From Chthonomonadales bacterium (GTDB taxonomy: Bacteria; Armatimonadota; Chthonomonadetes; Chthonomonadales; CAJBBX01), in assembly GCA_046715155.1 (NCBI GenBank), contig JBKJZI010000213.1:1-53420 (forward strand): DNA of 53,420 bases, written 5' to 3'. The position numbers and the translations under genes are program-made. The notes beneath the pieces were generated by a model. That model saw only the letters and a program-made list of their open reading frames with translations, had not been told where the DNA came from and searched no databases. Every line of letters starts with the position of its first letter. Positions within the stretch are counted from its first letter, which is position 1. Positions 37,091 through 46,379 of the stretch are shown here, piece by piece.

Positions 37091-38299
37091 CTATTCGTAT
37101 CTCAATGCTTCGATCGGATTCAGCTTGGATGCCTTGAGCGCCGGATAGAATCCGAAGAATACGCCGACGAGGGCGGAAAAGCTGAAGGCCATAATCGTGG
37201 TCTCAGGGGCTATCACGACCTTCCAGTCATTCATGTTACTCACGAGGATTGAACCCCCAACCCCAAACGCTACTCCTAGCGACCCGCCGACAAGGGAAAG
37301 GAATAGCGCCTCCAGGAGGAACTGGCCGAGGATGTCTCGCCGCTTCGCTCCGATTGCCTTGCGGACTCCGATCTCGCGCGTGCGCTCCGTGACGGAAACG
37401 AGCATGATGTTCATGATGCCGATTCCGCCGACCAGAAGCGAGACGATAGCCAGGTAGGTGATCAACTTGGAGAAGATGTCCTGCTGCTCGTTCTGGGTTT
37501 CGACGGCGTCCGCCTGATTGAAGATTCGGAAGTCCGCATCGCCGGAGAGCGGGAGCTTGTGACGCCGCCGCAGGATGTCTTCGATCTGGGTCTGAGCGCG
37601 GTCCATGATGGATTCGCTGCGCGCCTGCGAGACGATTCGGCTCACATTCTCCATTCCGAAGAGCCGCCGCATGGCGGTCGTGACCGGCACGAAGAATGCG
37701 TCGTCCGGATTCCGCCACCCCTGCCCGCCCTTCTCTTTGAGCTTGCCGATGACTGTGAAGTTGATCCCGTTAATTCGGACTGTCTTGCCCACGGGAGATT
37801 CACGGTCAAACAGTTCCTTGGCGGGAGTGGCGCCGACAACCGCGACGCGCTTGAGCCCCTTCACCTCGCTCTGAGTGAAGTAACGGCCCTCTATGACATC
37901 GTGGTTGCTGATGATCGGGTAGTGCTCGCCGGTTCCGTTTATCCGGGTGTTGGTATTCTTGTTCTTGTACTTCACCTGCGCGTTGCGGTCCACTTCCGGT
38001 GACACGCGCTGGATCAATGATGCTTCTCGCACGATCGCATTGGCGTCGTCGAGCGTCATGGTATTTACGCTGCCGAAACCGAAGCTCACCTGTCCGCGTC
38101 GTTGCTGGCCCGGCATCGCGGTGAGAACGTTCGTCCCCATTCGGCGCAGATTCTCGGTGGCTGCCTCGCGGGACCCGTGGCCGATCGCGATGGCGATGAT
38201 GACCGCGCCGACGCCAATAATGACGCCGAGCATTGTCAGGAACGAGCGAAGCTTGTTCGCTCCCAGCCCGCGAAGGGCCATTGTGATTGCTACAATCAT
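37091..38299 (-). CDS. MacB-like ABC permease
   Basis: NKLRSFLTMLGVIIGV; VGGIGIMNIMLVSVTERTREIGVRKAIGA; PIEALRYE. Confidence 0.95.
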   Translation of the reverse strand: MIVAITMALRGLGANKLRSFLTMLGVIIGVGAVIIAIAIGHGSREAATENLRRMGTNVLTAMPGQQRRGQVSFGFGSVNTMTLDDANAIVREASLIQRVSPEVDRNAQVKYKNKNTNTRINGTGEHYPIISNHDVIEGRYFTQSEVKGLKRVAVVGATPAKELFDRESPVGKTVRINGINFTVIGKLKEKGGQGWRNPDDAFFVPVTTAMRRLFGMENVSRIVSQARSESIMDRAQTQIEDILRRRHKLPLSGDADFRIFNQADAVETQNEQQDIFSKLITYLAIVSLLVGGIGIMNIMLVSVTERTREIGVRKAIGAKRRDILGQFLLEALFLSLVGGSLGVAFGVGGSILVSNMNDWKVVIAPETTIMAFSFSALVGVFFGFYPALKASKLNPIEALRYE

Positions 38300-38313
38300 T
38301 GCTTGAACTTTTG

Positions 38314-38372
38314 TGTGGGTGTGTGGGTGTGTGGGTGATGGGCCTTCTCACCCACACACCCACCCACCCACA
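38314..38372. repeat. Inverted octamer arrays (TGTGGGTG)3...(CACCCACA)3, intergenic
   Basis: Three perfect units on the left, near-perfect complement on the right. Confidence 0.9.
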
Positions 38373-38378
38373 CAGCAA

Positions 38379-40181
38379 TTACCGTCTTCCTCCGCCGCCA
38401 CCGCCGCGGGCTCCGCCGCCGCCGAATCCGCCCATGCGGCCGCCGCCGCCGAATGGGCTGCCGGAGGTCTTGGGCGCCGGCTCGATGGTCTGCGTGACGA
38501 TGGTCTCGCCCTCCTTCAGGCCGCTCGCTATCTCGAACGTGTCGTTACCCTCCAGGGCGACTTCGACGGCTCGCCGCTCGACCTTAACGTCCATCAGGGT
38601 GCCCGGCTCGACGTCTTCTTTCGGATCAGTCGGCTTGTAAGGCACGCCGCCCTTCGCTATCTCCACGAACTGGCCCTTGTCGTCGGTGCGTACGGCCTCG
38701 CTTGGGACGGCGATCACGCCTTCCTTCTTGTTCACAATGAACTCGCAGGTGGCGTTCATCCCCGGCTTGAGGAGGCGGAACGAAGGAGTCGTATTATCGA
38801 TCTCTACGCGGACGTGGATCATCGTGACGTTCTGGATGACCTCGGCCTGCGGGTCGATCCGCGCAACTTTTCCCTCGAACGGCAGGTCCGGGTAGGCCTC
38901 GATACTCACCTCCACCTCCTGCCCCATATCCACGTTCGCAATATCCGTCTCGTCCACCGTCACGTCGATATACATCCGCGTAACGTCGCCAATTTGAACG
39001 ATGTTGTTGCCCGTAGCCGCAAAGGACAGAGCTGAGGAGATCATCGTTCCTGCCTCTACGTACTTCTTCAGCACCACCCCGTCCACCGGCGCCGTTACTT
39101 TAGTTTGTTTCAGAGTGACCTCGGCGTTGATAAGAGCCGCCTTCGACCGCTCAATGGTTGCCTGAGCTGTCGCCATATCATATCGCCGGATTTCATTGTT
39201 CCGGCGTTCCGCAATTGTTCGTGCCAGGGTCGCTTTCGCCTGGTTTACCTGGGCCATGGACTGCTTGATCGCAGCCTCGGCTTCTGCGAGGGCGTTCTTT
39301 CGGTTAGCGATCTCAACGCCCTGTGCCTTCGCATTGGCGAGCTGCGCCTCGGACTGCTTGATGCGCGCCTTCGCCGCGTCGATATCAGACGCGAACTCGG
39401 CCTGGATAGTGTTGACCTTCGTCTCTGCGGAACGGTGCTGCGCTTCTGCCACTTTCGCGCTTGCCTCTGCGGAGTCGACGACCTGCTGCGAAACGAATCC
39501 GCGATCAAGGAGATTTCTCTGCCGCTTTAGATTCGTCTGAGCATTGTCCATGTTTGCCTTCGCCTGGTCACGGGCTCCCGTAGCTTGGGCCAGCTCCTGC
39601 TCGTTCGAAGTTCTCAGAGCGATAAGCTGCTGATTAGACTGGTCGAGTGTGGCCTGCGCCGCTTCAATCGCCAATCTCGTCAACTGTGGTTGGACCTTAA
39701 ACTGCTGCTTCGCCGTATCCCGCCGCTTCTGCGTTGCATTCAGGCTCGCTTCGGCTGCTTCAAGCGCCGCTCGCGCGTTCTGGATTGCGATCGCGGTTTG
39801 GTCAATGGTCAGTGAATGCTGAACTTGCGACTGCGACTGCCGGGCGCGGGCGGAGTCTGTGTCGGCCCGAGCCTGATTGACTTGCAAAAGGGTGTCCGCG
39901 GGGTCGATCGTGGCCAGGGTCTGGCCCATCTTAACGATAGAGCCGACCTCTACCGGCACAGTCTCGACGCGGCCGCCGGCTTTGGACTTGATGTCTATGA
40001 AGCGCCAGGGCTGTAGGGTACCGGTGGACGACACGCTCTTTTTGACTTCGCCGAGCTCGACTTTGGCGACCTTATACTGGACCTTTTCGGTCGTGTTCGC
40101 CGCCTGAAGGCGCCGGGTGATGAATAGGCCGAGCGTCGCGACGACGGCGATAATGATGATCGGAATAATAAAGCGTTTCAA
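38379..40181 (-). CDS. MacA-like periplasmic adaptor with an extended coiled coil
   Basis: N-terminal TM; IKSKAGGRV lipoyl half; APVDGVV; VDETDIANV; LKPGMNA. Confidence 0.92.
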   Translation of the reverse strand: MKRFIIPIIIIAVVATLGLFITRRLQAANTTEKVQYKVAKVELGEVKKSVSSTGTLQPWRFIDIKSKAGGRVETVPVEVGSIVKMGQTLATIDPADTLLQVNQARADTDSARARQSQSQVQHSLTIDQTAIAIQNARAALEAAEASLNATQKRRDTAKQQFKVQPQLTRLAIEAAQATLDQSNQQLIALRTSNEQELAQATGARDQAKANMDNAQTNLKRQRNLLDRGFVSQQVVDSAEASAKVAEAQHRSAETKVNTIQAEFASDIDAAKARIKQSEAQLANAKAQGVEIANRKNALAEAEAAIKQSMAQVNQAKATLARTIAERRNNEIRRYDMATAQATIERSKAALINAEVTLKQTKVTAPVDGVVLKKYVEAGTMISSALSFAATGNNIVQIGDVTRMYIDVTVDETDIANVDMGQEVEVSIEAYPDLPFEGKVARIDPQAEVIQNVTMIHVRVEIDNTTPSFRLLKPGMNATCEFIVNKKEGVIAVPSEAVRTDDKGQFVEIAKGGVPYKPTDPKEDVEPGTLMDVKVERRAVEVALEGNDTFEIASGLKEGETIVTQTIEPAPKTSGSPFGGGGRMGGFGGGGARGGGGGGRR

Positions 40182-40184
40182 CTC

Positions 40185-41522
40185 TTACCTCCCTACCGGC
40201 TGCGGATCGTTCTCCGCAATGGCGCGCTTCAGGCGCGCGTCAGCTGTGTGAAAATCGTAAATGGACTGTACGGCGTTGGTCTCCGCCGTTACAAGCAGCG
40301 TCTGGGCCTGGATCACTTCCAGGATGTCGCCGGCGCCCTCCGCTCGGGAGGCGGCGGCTGCTTCATAATTAAGTTTCGCAGCCCGAAGCGCGGCGTCGGC
40401 CGCCTGTGTCCTCACGCGAGACTCTTCTCGCACGAGGTAGTTCTGCTCGACTTCAAGCTGGATGGACTGTCGTGACAGTTCGAACTGTCGCTGCGACTGC
40501 TCCAACTGCGAGCGAGACAATCGGACGGCCGCCCTTCTTGCTCCGGCATCGAACAGCGGGTAGGAGAACGACGTGATGAACGATCGGTCCTCTCCAACAT
40601 CCGGATAGAGGCGTAAGCCCTCCGAGAAATCGGCCTGTACCTGGAAGCCGGATTCGATCTCGGAGATCCGTACGTCATGCCTCACCGCCTGAATATTCGC
40701 CTGATCCCGCTTCAGGTCCGACCGCTTCTGAAATGCCAGATTAACGTAGTCCGTGACGGGCCGCGGATCGGGCGTCGGGTCGGGCGCCGGAATTTCCAAT
40801 TGGGGAAGAATGATCGGCATCATACTTAACAGGCCCATCGCGCTTCGCAGGTCCGACATCGCCAGCCTCACATTATTCTGCGCCTGGATCAGATTCACCC
40901 TCGCGTTCTCGTAGTCTGCTTCCGCCTGCAAGATGTCTTTCTTAGGCGACTTCCCCTCTTCCACAAAAGCCCGCGTCGCGTCCAGCGTAGTCTTTGCCCG
41001 CGCCACGCTGGATTCCGCAACGTCAACCAGCTCTCTCCGGCGGAGGAGCTCGTAGTAGCTGGTCGTCACGTTTGCGACGATCTCCTGGCGCGTGTCGGCA
41101 ATATTGAACTCACTGGCCTTTAGCTGCGCTTTGCTCGCCTTTACGTTCTCCTCGCGCTTGCCCATGTCGAAGAGCATCTGGCGAAGGCCAATCGAGGCGA
41201 CTTTCGTATCGAACGTCCCGGTTGTTCCCCCGACTGTAGTCATCCGGTTGCTGTATTCAAAGCTCGGACCAATTTGCGGAAAGTAGGCGGAGCGGGCCTG
41301 CGTCTGTCTCGCCTTGGCCGATTCCAACTGATTCCGCGCGATTCCGAGCGTCTGCTGATTCTGAAGCGCTATCTGGACGGCTCGGTCCAGAGTCAACGGC
41401 TGGGATAGATCGACCGTTTGCGGCGCGACCGGCGTTTGCTGGCCCTTCTTCTCCGCGCCGAGCCCCTGGGCCGGGACTACGAGCACGAGAATCGGTAGCA
41501 GGACACGCGCGCACAGATTCAT
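40185..41522 (-). CDS. TolC family outer-membrane efflux protein
   Basis: Signal peptide; LTLDRAVQIALQN; two OEP repeats; YPLFDAG. Confidence 0.9.
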   Translation of the reverse strand: MNLCARVLLPILVLVVPAQGLGAEKKGQQTPVAPQTVDLSQPLTLDRAVQIALQNQQTLGIARNQLESAKARQTQARSAYFPQIGPSFEYSNRMTTVGGTTGTFDTKVASIGLRQMLFDMGKREENVKASKAQLKASEFNIADTRQEIVANVTTSYYELLRRRELVDVAESSVARAKTTLDATRAFVEEGKSPKKDILQAEADYENARVNLIQAQNNVRLAMSDLRSAMGLLSMMPIILPQLEIPAPDPTPDPRPVTDYVNLAFQKRSDLKRDQANIQAVRHDVRISEIESGFQVQADFSEGLRLYPDVGEDRSFITSFSYPLFDAGARRAAVRLSRSQLEQSQRQFELSRQSIQLEVEQNYLVREESRVRTQAADAALRAAKLNYEAAAASRAEGAGDILEVIQAQTLLVTAETNAVQSIYDFHTADARLKRAIAENDPQPVGR

Positions 41523-41645
41523 CAGGCGGTCTTCCTTTCCAGAAGAGTGTTAGTAGTGTGGTGCGTCACCGCGATAGACGCCGGAAGCGCTGCGCGGTTT
41601 CGAAAAGGCCGGCCGCCGGACCCGCTGTTTGCTTCACCATCTTTA

Positions 41646-42230
41646 TTACTGACCGGCATCGACGGTCTTTGGTGACAGGCCGGCGCTCTGCGATGCTGCC
41701 ATGGCGGCCCGCTGAGATACCAGGTCGGCTAGCGGCGCCGAATCCGGCACAAGTTCGTCCTCGGCCGCGGATCCCGCTGCATCAATTAGCTCCGCTGCCG
41801 CCGCAAGTCGCTCCATTCCGCGAATCGCTGATTCGGTCTCCCCGGTTTTCAATTGCGAAACCGCGCGCCCGATACGCTCACGGCGCTGCTGATGACTCTC
41901 TGAGAGAACCTGCCGAGCCGAATCCGTCAGGAAAATGCGCACGATCCGTCGGTCTTCTGAATCAGGGTGCCGCTCGACCATGTCACGCCGCACCAGGCGA
42001 TCCACGATCTGTGACAATGCCGGGAGAGTCACACCGAGATGGTGCGCCAGCTCCTGCATCTTCTGCCCTTCGTGCTCACCAATAACGCGGACGCACCGGA
42101 GCTGCGACAGCGGAAGTTCGGCCAGCGCAGTAGGTGGGTGGCCCGCAAAGACCAACACCTTCGTGAGCCTGTACAGGACAGCCTGGAGGCGCGAGACGTT
42201 ATCCGCAAGATCGATGTCGGAATTAATCAT
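41646..42230 (-). CDS. MarR family regulator
   Basis: LPLSQLRC...ELAHHLGVTLPALSQIVDRLVRRDMVER...DRR; start at ATG 42230 because the promoter lies inside the longer ORF call. Confidence 0.9.
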   Translation of the reverse strand: MINSDIDLADNVSRLQAVLYRLTKVLVFAGHPPTALAELPLSQLRCVRVIGEHEGQKMQELAHHLGVTLPALSQIVDRLVRRDMVERHPDSEDRRIVRIFLTDSARQVLSESHQQRRERIGRAVSQLKTGETESAIRGMERLAAAAELIDAAGSAAEDELVPDSAPLADLVSQRAAMAASQSAGLSPKTVDAGQ

Positions 42231-42232
42231 TC

Positions 42233-42295
42233 GTTTACGCCGCTTAATAGTTAAGCGACGTAAACATTCTACTGGAATCGGCCGCGGGTTGTCAA
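42233..42295 (-). promoter_or_regulatory. Sigma70 promoter plus 15-bp inverted-repeat operator
   Basis: TTGACA-18-TAGAAT (42295-42266); GTTTACGCCGCTTAA-TAG-TTAAGCGACGTAAAC (14/15) covers the transcription start. Confidence 0.8.
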
Positions 42296-42382
42296 GACCG
42301 GAACTGCCCCAACCCACTCCTTAGTAACGATTGGTAAGGAGGCGGCTAACCCATCCGTACGGAACAGAAAAAAGGCCCCTCC

Positions 42383-42709
42383 TTACAGAGGAGCAGGTTG
42401 GGGGAGGTTCGTCGGGACCGCTACAACCACCTCGGAGCCTCGAAGAAGCGCCTGGCAGGATAGGCGGGAATGTGGTTGGAGGTCGACGGCAAACTGGAGT
42501 CGGTAGGATTCCGGCTCTTCGATGGGCGACAGGTTTTCGGCGCCGGAGACGATGTGGATATGGCACGTGGTGCAAGTGCAATTGCCGCCGCATTCGTGCT
42601 CGATGTGGATTCCATTCTCTAGGGCGGCATCAAGCAGCGTGTCTCCGGTGTATGCGTCGACTGTTTCGCGCGCTGGCAGAAACGTCACCGTGGCCGGATG
42701 TCGACGCAT
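42383..42709 (-). CDS. fdx: ISC/adrenodoxin-type 2Fe-2S ferredoxin
   Basis: HECGGNCTCTTCH...SRLSCQA; start MRRHPAT at 42709. Confidence 0.88.
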   Translation of the reverse strand: MRRHPATVTFLPARETVDAYTGDTLLDAALENGIHIEHECGGNCTCTTCHIHIVSGAENLSPIEEPESYRLQFAVDLQPHSRLSCQALLRGSEVVVAVPTNLPQPAPL

Positions 42710-42719
42710 GATCGCGGAA

Positions 42720-43889
42720 TCAGGCGGAGTACCCGTTGAGCTCACGCACGTTGGAGGCGACTTTCGAAACCCGCTCGATGACGTAGTCGATCTCCTCATG
42801 CGTATTGAAGCGGCCGACTCCGAAGCGAATGGCGCATGCAGCCAGCTCATCCGGCACGCCGAGCGCGGCCAGGACATGGGATGGGGCTTTCGAGGCGGAA
42901 GAGCAGGCTGCGGTCGAGCTGACGGCGACATCCTGCATCGCCATCATGACGCTTTCACCTTCCGCGCCTGGAATGGATACGTTGAGATGGCCGGGAAGCC
43001 GTTTTTCCGGATGGCCATTGACTCTCACGTCGCTTAGATTCCGGCGGATTCCCTCCAGTAACCGGGTGCGAAGCGCAGCGAGGCGCCCAGATTCCGTTTC
43101 CATCTCCTCCATGCAGAGCTCGATACATTTTCCCAGGCCGACGATTCCGGGAACGTTTAGCGTTCCGGAGCGGAATCCGCGCTCATGTCCGCCACCGTCG
43201 ATTAACGGCCGCACACAGTCCGCGCACTCCTTCCGGACGTACAGCCCGCCGGAACCTTTGGGACCGTAGATCTTGTGAGCCGTGAACGAGGCGAGATCGA
43301 CGTTCATCGCCTGCACGTCGAACGGAATCTTTCCGACGGCCTGGGTCGCGTCCGTGTGGAACAGTACGCCTCGCTCCCGGCATAGACGACCTATCGCCGC
43401 CACGTCCTGGATCACCCCGATTTCGTTGTTCGCAGCCATAATCGAGACCAGAGTGGCGCGGTCGTCCATCGCGGATTTGAGCCCATCCAGGTCAACTAAG
43501 CCGTCGCCGTCTACCGGAAGATATGTGACGCGGAATCCTTCTCGCTCAAGAGCGAGGCCACTATCGAGCACGGCCTTGTGTTCTGTTCGTACAGTGATAA
43601 TATGGTCGCCCTGCTCGCGCCGCGCGTGCGCTACGCCTTTAAGCGCCAGGTTATCGGATTCGGTTGCGCCGGAAGTAAAAACGATCTCGCCGGGCTCTGT
43701 TGCGTTGAGACAGCGGGCGATTGCCGCTCGGGAGTTCTCAACCGCCTTACGCGCATCACGGCCAAAAGAGTGTCCGATGCTTGCCGCATTACCGAAGAAG
43801 TGCGTGAAGTAGGGCAGCATCGCATCCACCACACGAGGATCGACCGGCGTGGTCGCGTTGTTGTCGAGATAGATTGGGAGATGGAGCAT
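42720..43889 (-). CDS. iscS: Cysteine desulfurase IscS
   Basis: PIYLDNNATTP; TAHKIYGPKG; RSGTLNVPGI; SSTAACSS. Confidence 0.93.
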   Translation of the reverse strand: MLHLPIYLDNNATTPVDPRVVDAMLPYFTHFFGNAASIGHSFGRDARKAVENSRAAIARCLNATEPGEIVFTSGATESDNLALKGVAHARREQGDHIITVRTEHKAVLDSGLALEREGFRVTYLPVDGDGLVDLDGLKSAMDDRATLVSIMAANNEIGVIQDVAAIGRLCRERGVLFHTDATQAVGKIPFDVQAMNVDLASFTAHKIYGPKGSGGLYVRKECADCVRPLIDGGGHERGFRSGTLNVPGIVGLGKCIELCMEEMETESGRLAALRTRLLEGIRRNLSDVRVNGHPEKRLPGHLNVSIPGAEGESVMMAMQDVAVSSTAACSSASKAPSHVLAALGVPDELAACAIRFGVGRFNTHEEIDYVIERVSKVASNVRELNGYSA

Positions 43890-43894
43890 GGGAA

Positions 43895-43929
43895 ATATCA
43901 GTTATCAATTTTCAATTATCAATTATCAA
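43895..43929. repeat. (TTATCAA)5 heptamer array supplying the stop codon of the upstream gene
   Basis: atatcag ttatcaa ttttcaa ttatcaa ttatcaa; minus strand reads ATT GAT AAT TGA. Confidence 0.88.
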
Positions 43930-45493
43930 TTCGCTTCAGGGCTTTACCTGCTCGCTCGCCGGTCATGGCGTTGTTTCGATAGGTTACTTTGCCGTTTACG
44001 AGAACCGCGGTGATTCCGTCGGGATACTGATGCGGCGCGCTGAAGGTGGCGGTGTCGCGGATTCGCTCGGGGTCCAGAACCACTATGTCGGCCCAGGCGC
44101 CATCCCTAAGAATACCCCGGTCGTGCAGTCGGAAGACGGTGGCGGGGAGGGAGGTCATACGCCGAACCGCCTCTTCCAGCGGCAGAAGCTTCATCTCTCT
44201 GACGTAGCGGCTGAGAACGCGCGCGTTGTTCCCGTATCCGCGCGGATGGGGAACATCGACGCCTTTTCGCCGCGGGCCGCTGTCGGACGCGACCATCGTG
44301 TTGGGATGCTTGAGAAATGTCTGCAGATCATCCTCGCGCATCTCGTGGAAGACGCCCCCTGCGCCGCCGTTCTTCTCTATTTCCAGGATCAGCTCGATCT
44401 GGTCGTCCACCGAATCCGAGCCCCGCTTCATCTTCGCGGCTTCCACGACGGTCTTCCCGTTGAGAGATGTGTCGGTCCGATAGGATGCGATGACTGCAAA
44501 GTTGAAGTCCTCTCGTTGGTCGGCTCGGAGCTCCTCCTTCATTTCGGCCACTATCCGCGCCTTAGTCGCCGGATCGGCGATCCGCTGAAGGTACTTCTCG
44601 CCGCCGCCTTCACGCGCCCACGTCGGTATCAGGTTCGCGCCAATTCCGGTGCTCGAGGCCGTATAAGCGTACTGGTCTTGGGTGATGTCGAGCCCGTTCG
44701 CGCGCGCGTTCTCAATGATGGATACGTGCTCCGGCGCAGTCCCCCAGGTCGGCTTGCCCGTGCGCTTAATGTGCGAGACATGCGCGCGAACGTCCGCTTC
44801 CCGCGCAATCCGAAATGTCTCTTCCAGCGCCTCACGCATCTTCATGCCTTCGTTGCGCATGTGACTGACGTATATTCCGTCATAAGGTCCGATGACCTTT
44901 GCCAGCTCGACGATCTCCTCGGATCTCGCAAAGGTCCCAGGAAGATAGATGAGCCCGGTCGAAAGACCTATGGTGCCGTCACGCATGGCTCTATTGACCA
45001 GGGCTCTCATTTCTGCGAGCTCTACCGCGGTTGGGGGACGATCGAACGATCCCTTCATGGCCGCGTTCCGAACCGTGTTATGTCCGACGAGCGTGGCTAC
45101 GTTGACGGTGGTCTTGCCGCGCTCCAAGTCGCGCCAGAACTTGCGGAGGTCTAGAGCTGAACCGCCGCAGTTGCCGGTAACGATCGACGTCACGCCCATG
45201 CGGATAAGGTTCTCCGCCTCCGGCATGCTTGCAATGGATTCCGAATGCGTGTGAACATCGATGAAACCCGGGCACACTATCTGGCCCCGCGCGTCGATCT
45301 CGACGTTCCCGGCAGGCAGCCCGCGCCGGATCGCTGAGATACGCCCTTTCTTCACACCGATGTCCGCGAAATAAGGCGCCGTACCGATACCATCTACGAC
45401 CCTCCCGCCCCGGATTACGACGTCATAGCGCTGGGCCGCGCTCACATCGGCAACCGTCAGAAGGCAAAGAGATAGCGACAGTAGGTATCTCAT
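43919..45493 (-). CDS. N-acyl-D-amino-acid deacylase family amidohydrolase (secreted)
   Basis: PGFIDVHTHS; GNCG; STGLIY; SHMRNE; SHIK; HPRGYG. Confidence 0.92.
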   Translation of the reverse strand: MRYLLSLSLCLLTVADVSAAQRYDVVIRGGRVVDGIGTAPYFADIGVKKGRISAIRRGLPAGNVEIDARGQIVCPGFIDVHTHSESIASMPEAENLIRMGVTSIVTGNCGGSALDLRKFWRDLERGKTTVNVATLVGHNTVRNAAMKGSFDRPPTAVELAEMRALVNRAMRDGTIGLSTGLIYLPGTFARSEEIVELAKVIGPYDGIYVSHMRNEGMKMREALEETFRIAREADVRAHVSHIKRTGKPTWGTAPEHVSIIENARANGLDITQDQYAYTASSTGIGANLIPTWAREGGGEKYLQRIADPATKARIVAEMKEELRADQREDFNFAVIASYRTDTSLNGKTVVEAAKMKRGSDSVDDQIELILEIEKNGGAGGVFHEMREDDLQTFLKHPNTMVASDSGPRRKGVDVPHPRGYGNNARVLSRYVREMKLLPLEEAVRRMTSLPATVFRLHDRGILRDGAWADIVVLDPERIRDTATFSAPHQYPDGITAVLVNGKVTYRNNAMTGERAGKALKRIDN

Positions 45494-45514
45494 TGTTGTC
45501 GATTCCCTTAAGTC

Positions 45515-46351
45515 TTATTGCGCGACGCCTATGTATTTCAACAGCTCGGTACCGTCAGAATAGTCTGGGATAATAACGTCCGCCCCTGCTTCGATCAACC
45601 GATTTCGCTTCCAACAATCTATTTGGCCCGGATTCGCTTCGTCGGACGCAACGCCAATACCCAGTCCCCCGGCATCCTTGCCATTCTCAATCTCGACATA
45701 GCCGTCTCCGATTAGCATCAGCTCCGGGCCGTGCAAGTTGTTTTTGGCCAGGATTTGCTCGATGATCATCTGCTTGGAAAAGTCCTGGTAGCGGTCTAAG
45801 GCGCCGTATATATACTCACCGAAGAATCGAGCAACTCCGAGCGCTTCCGCTTCCGCGCGAACGTAAACCAGGTCCGTCCCACTCGCCAGGTACATTCGAA
45901 TTCCGCCGCTTTCCAGTTGAGATAAGAATGTTCTGGAGCCGGGGACCAGCAGCGAATCCGCCGGGATTTCGCCGCGCCGGAGCCCGTCTACCCGGTGTCG
46001 AATCCGGTCTCCCAGCCGGCGTAAGTACTCGTGTTTGTATTCGAGCGCGGTGCGCGCCGTTCCGCCTCGTTTCTCGATTTCCTCGATCAACCGGAAGCAT
46101 TGATAAATCGTCTGCTTACCCGTCAGCTTCTCTACAAACTCGCGAACGGCGGACTCCACGTCCATTGCTGACTCCGACCCAGAGCACTGTAAAAGCTCCT
46201 GGACAAAGAAGGGGATCATGACCCCCTGCCATCCTTCGCGGACGAGAGACAGGGTGCCATCGAAATCGAAGAGCGCGAAGCGCACTCGGCCCCGGGTGGC
46301 GTCGGGGTTTATAACTTCTATTCGCGTCCCCGGAAGGTAGCTGAGAGCCAA
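45515..46351 (-). CDS. HAD family hydrolase
   Basis: FDFDGTLSL; LASGT; FSK; IGDGYVE. Confidence 0.88.
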   Translation of the reverse strand: MALSYLPGTRIEVINPDATRGRVRFALFDFDGTLSLVREGWQGVMIPFFVQELLQCSGSESAMDVESAVREFVEKLTGKQTIYQCFRLIEEIEKRGGTARTALEYKHEYLRRLGDRIRHRVDGLRRGEIPADSLLVPGSRTFLSQLESGGIRMYLASGTDLVYVRAEAEALGVARFFGEYIYGALDRYQDFSKQMIIEQILAKNNLHGPELMLIGDGYVEIENGKDAGGLGIGVASDEANPGQIDCWKRNRLIEAGADVIIPDYSDGTELLKYIGVAQ

Positions 46352-46378
46352 TCGAATTCGTACTCGTAATCGTAATCG
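46352..46378. repeat. (TCGTAA)n hexamer array filling an intergenic gap
   Basis: tcgaat tcgtac tcgtaa tcgtaa tcg. Confidence 0.65.
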
Positions 46379-46379
46379 G

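Noticed and set aside
31278-38372. Repeat arrays as CRISPR
   Set aside because: Units are 7-8 nt in tandem with no unique spacers, and there are no cas genes
42710-42931. N-terminal extension of the ferredoxin ORF
   Set aside because: Overlaps iscS; the ferredoxin domain starts at ATG 42709
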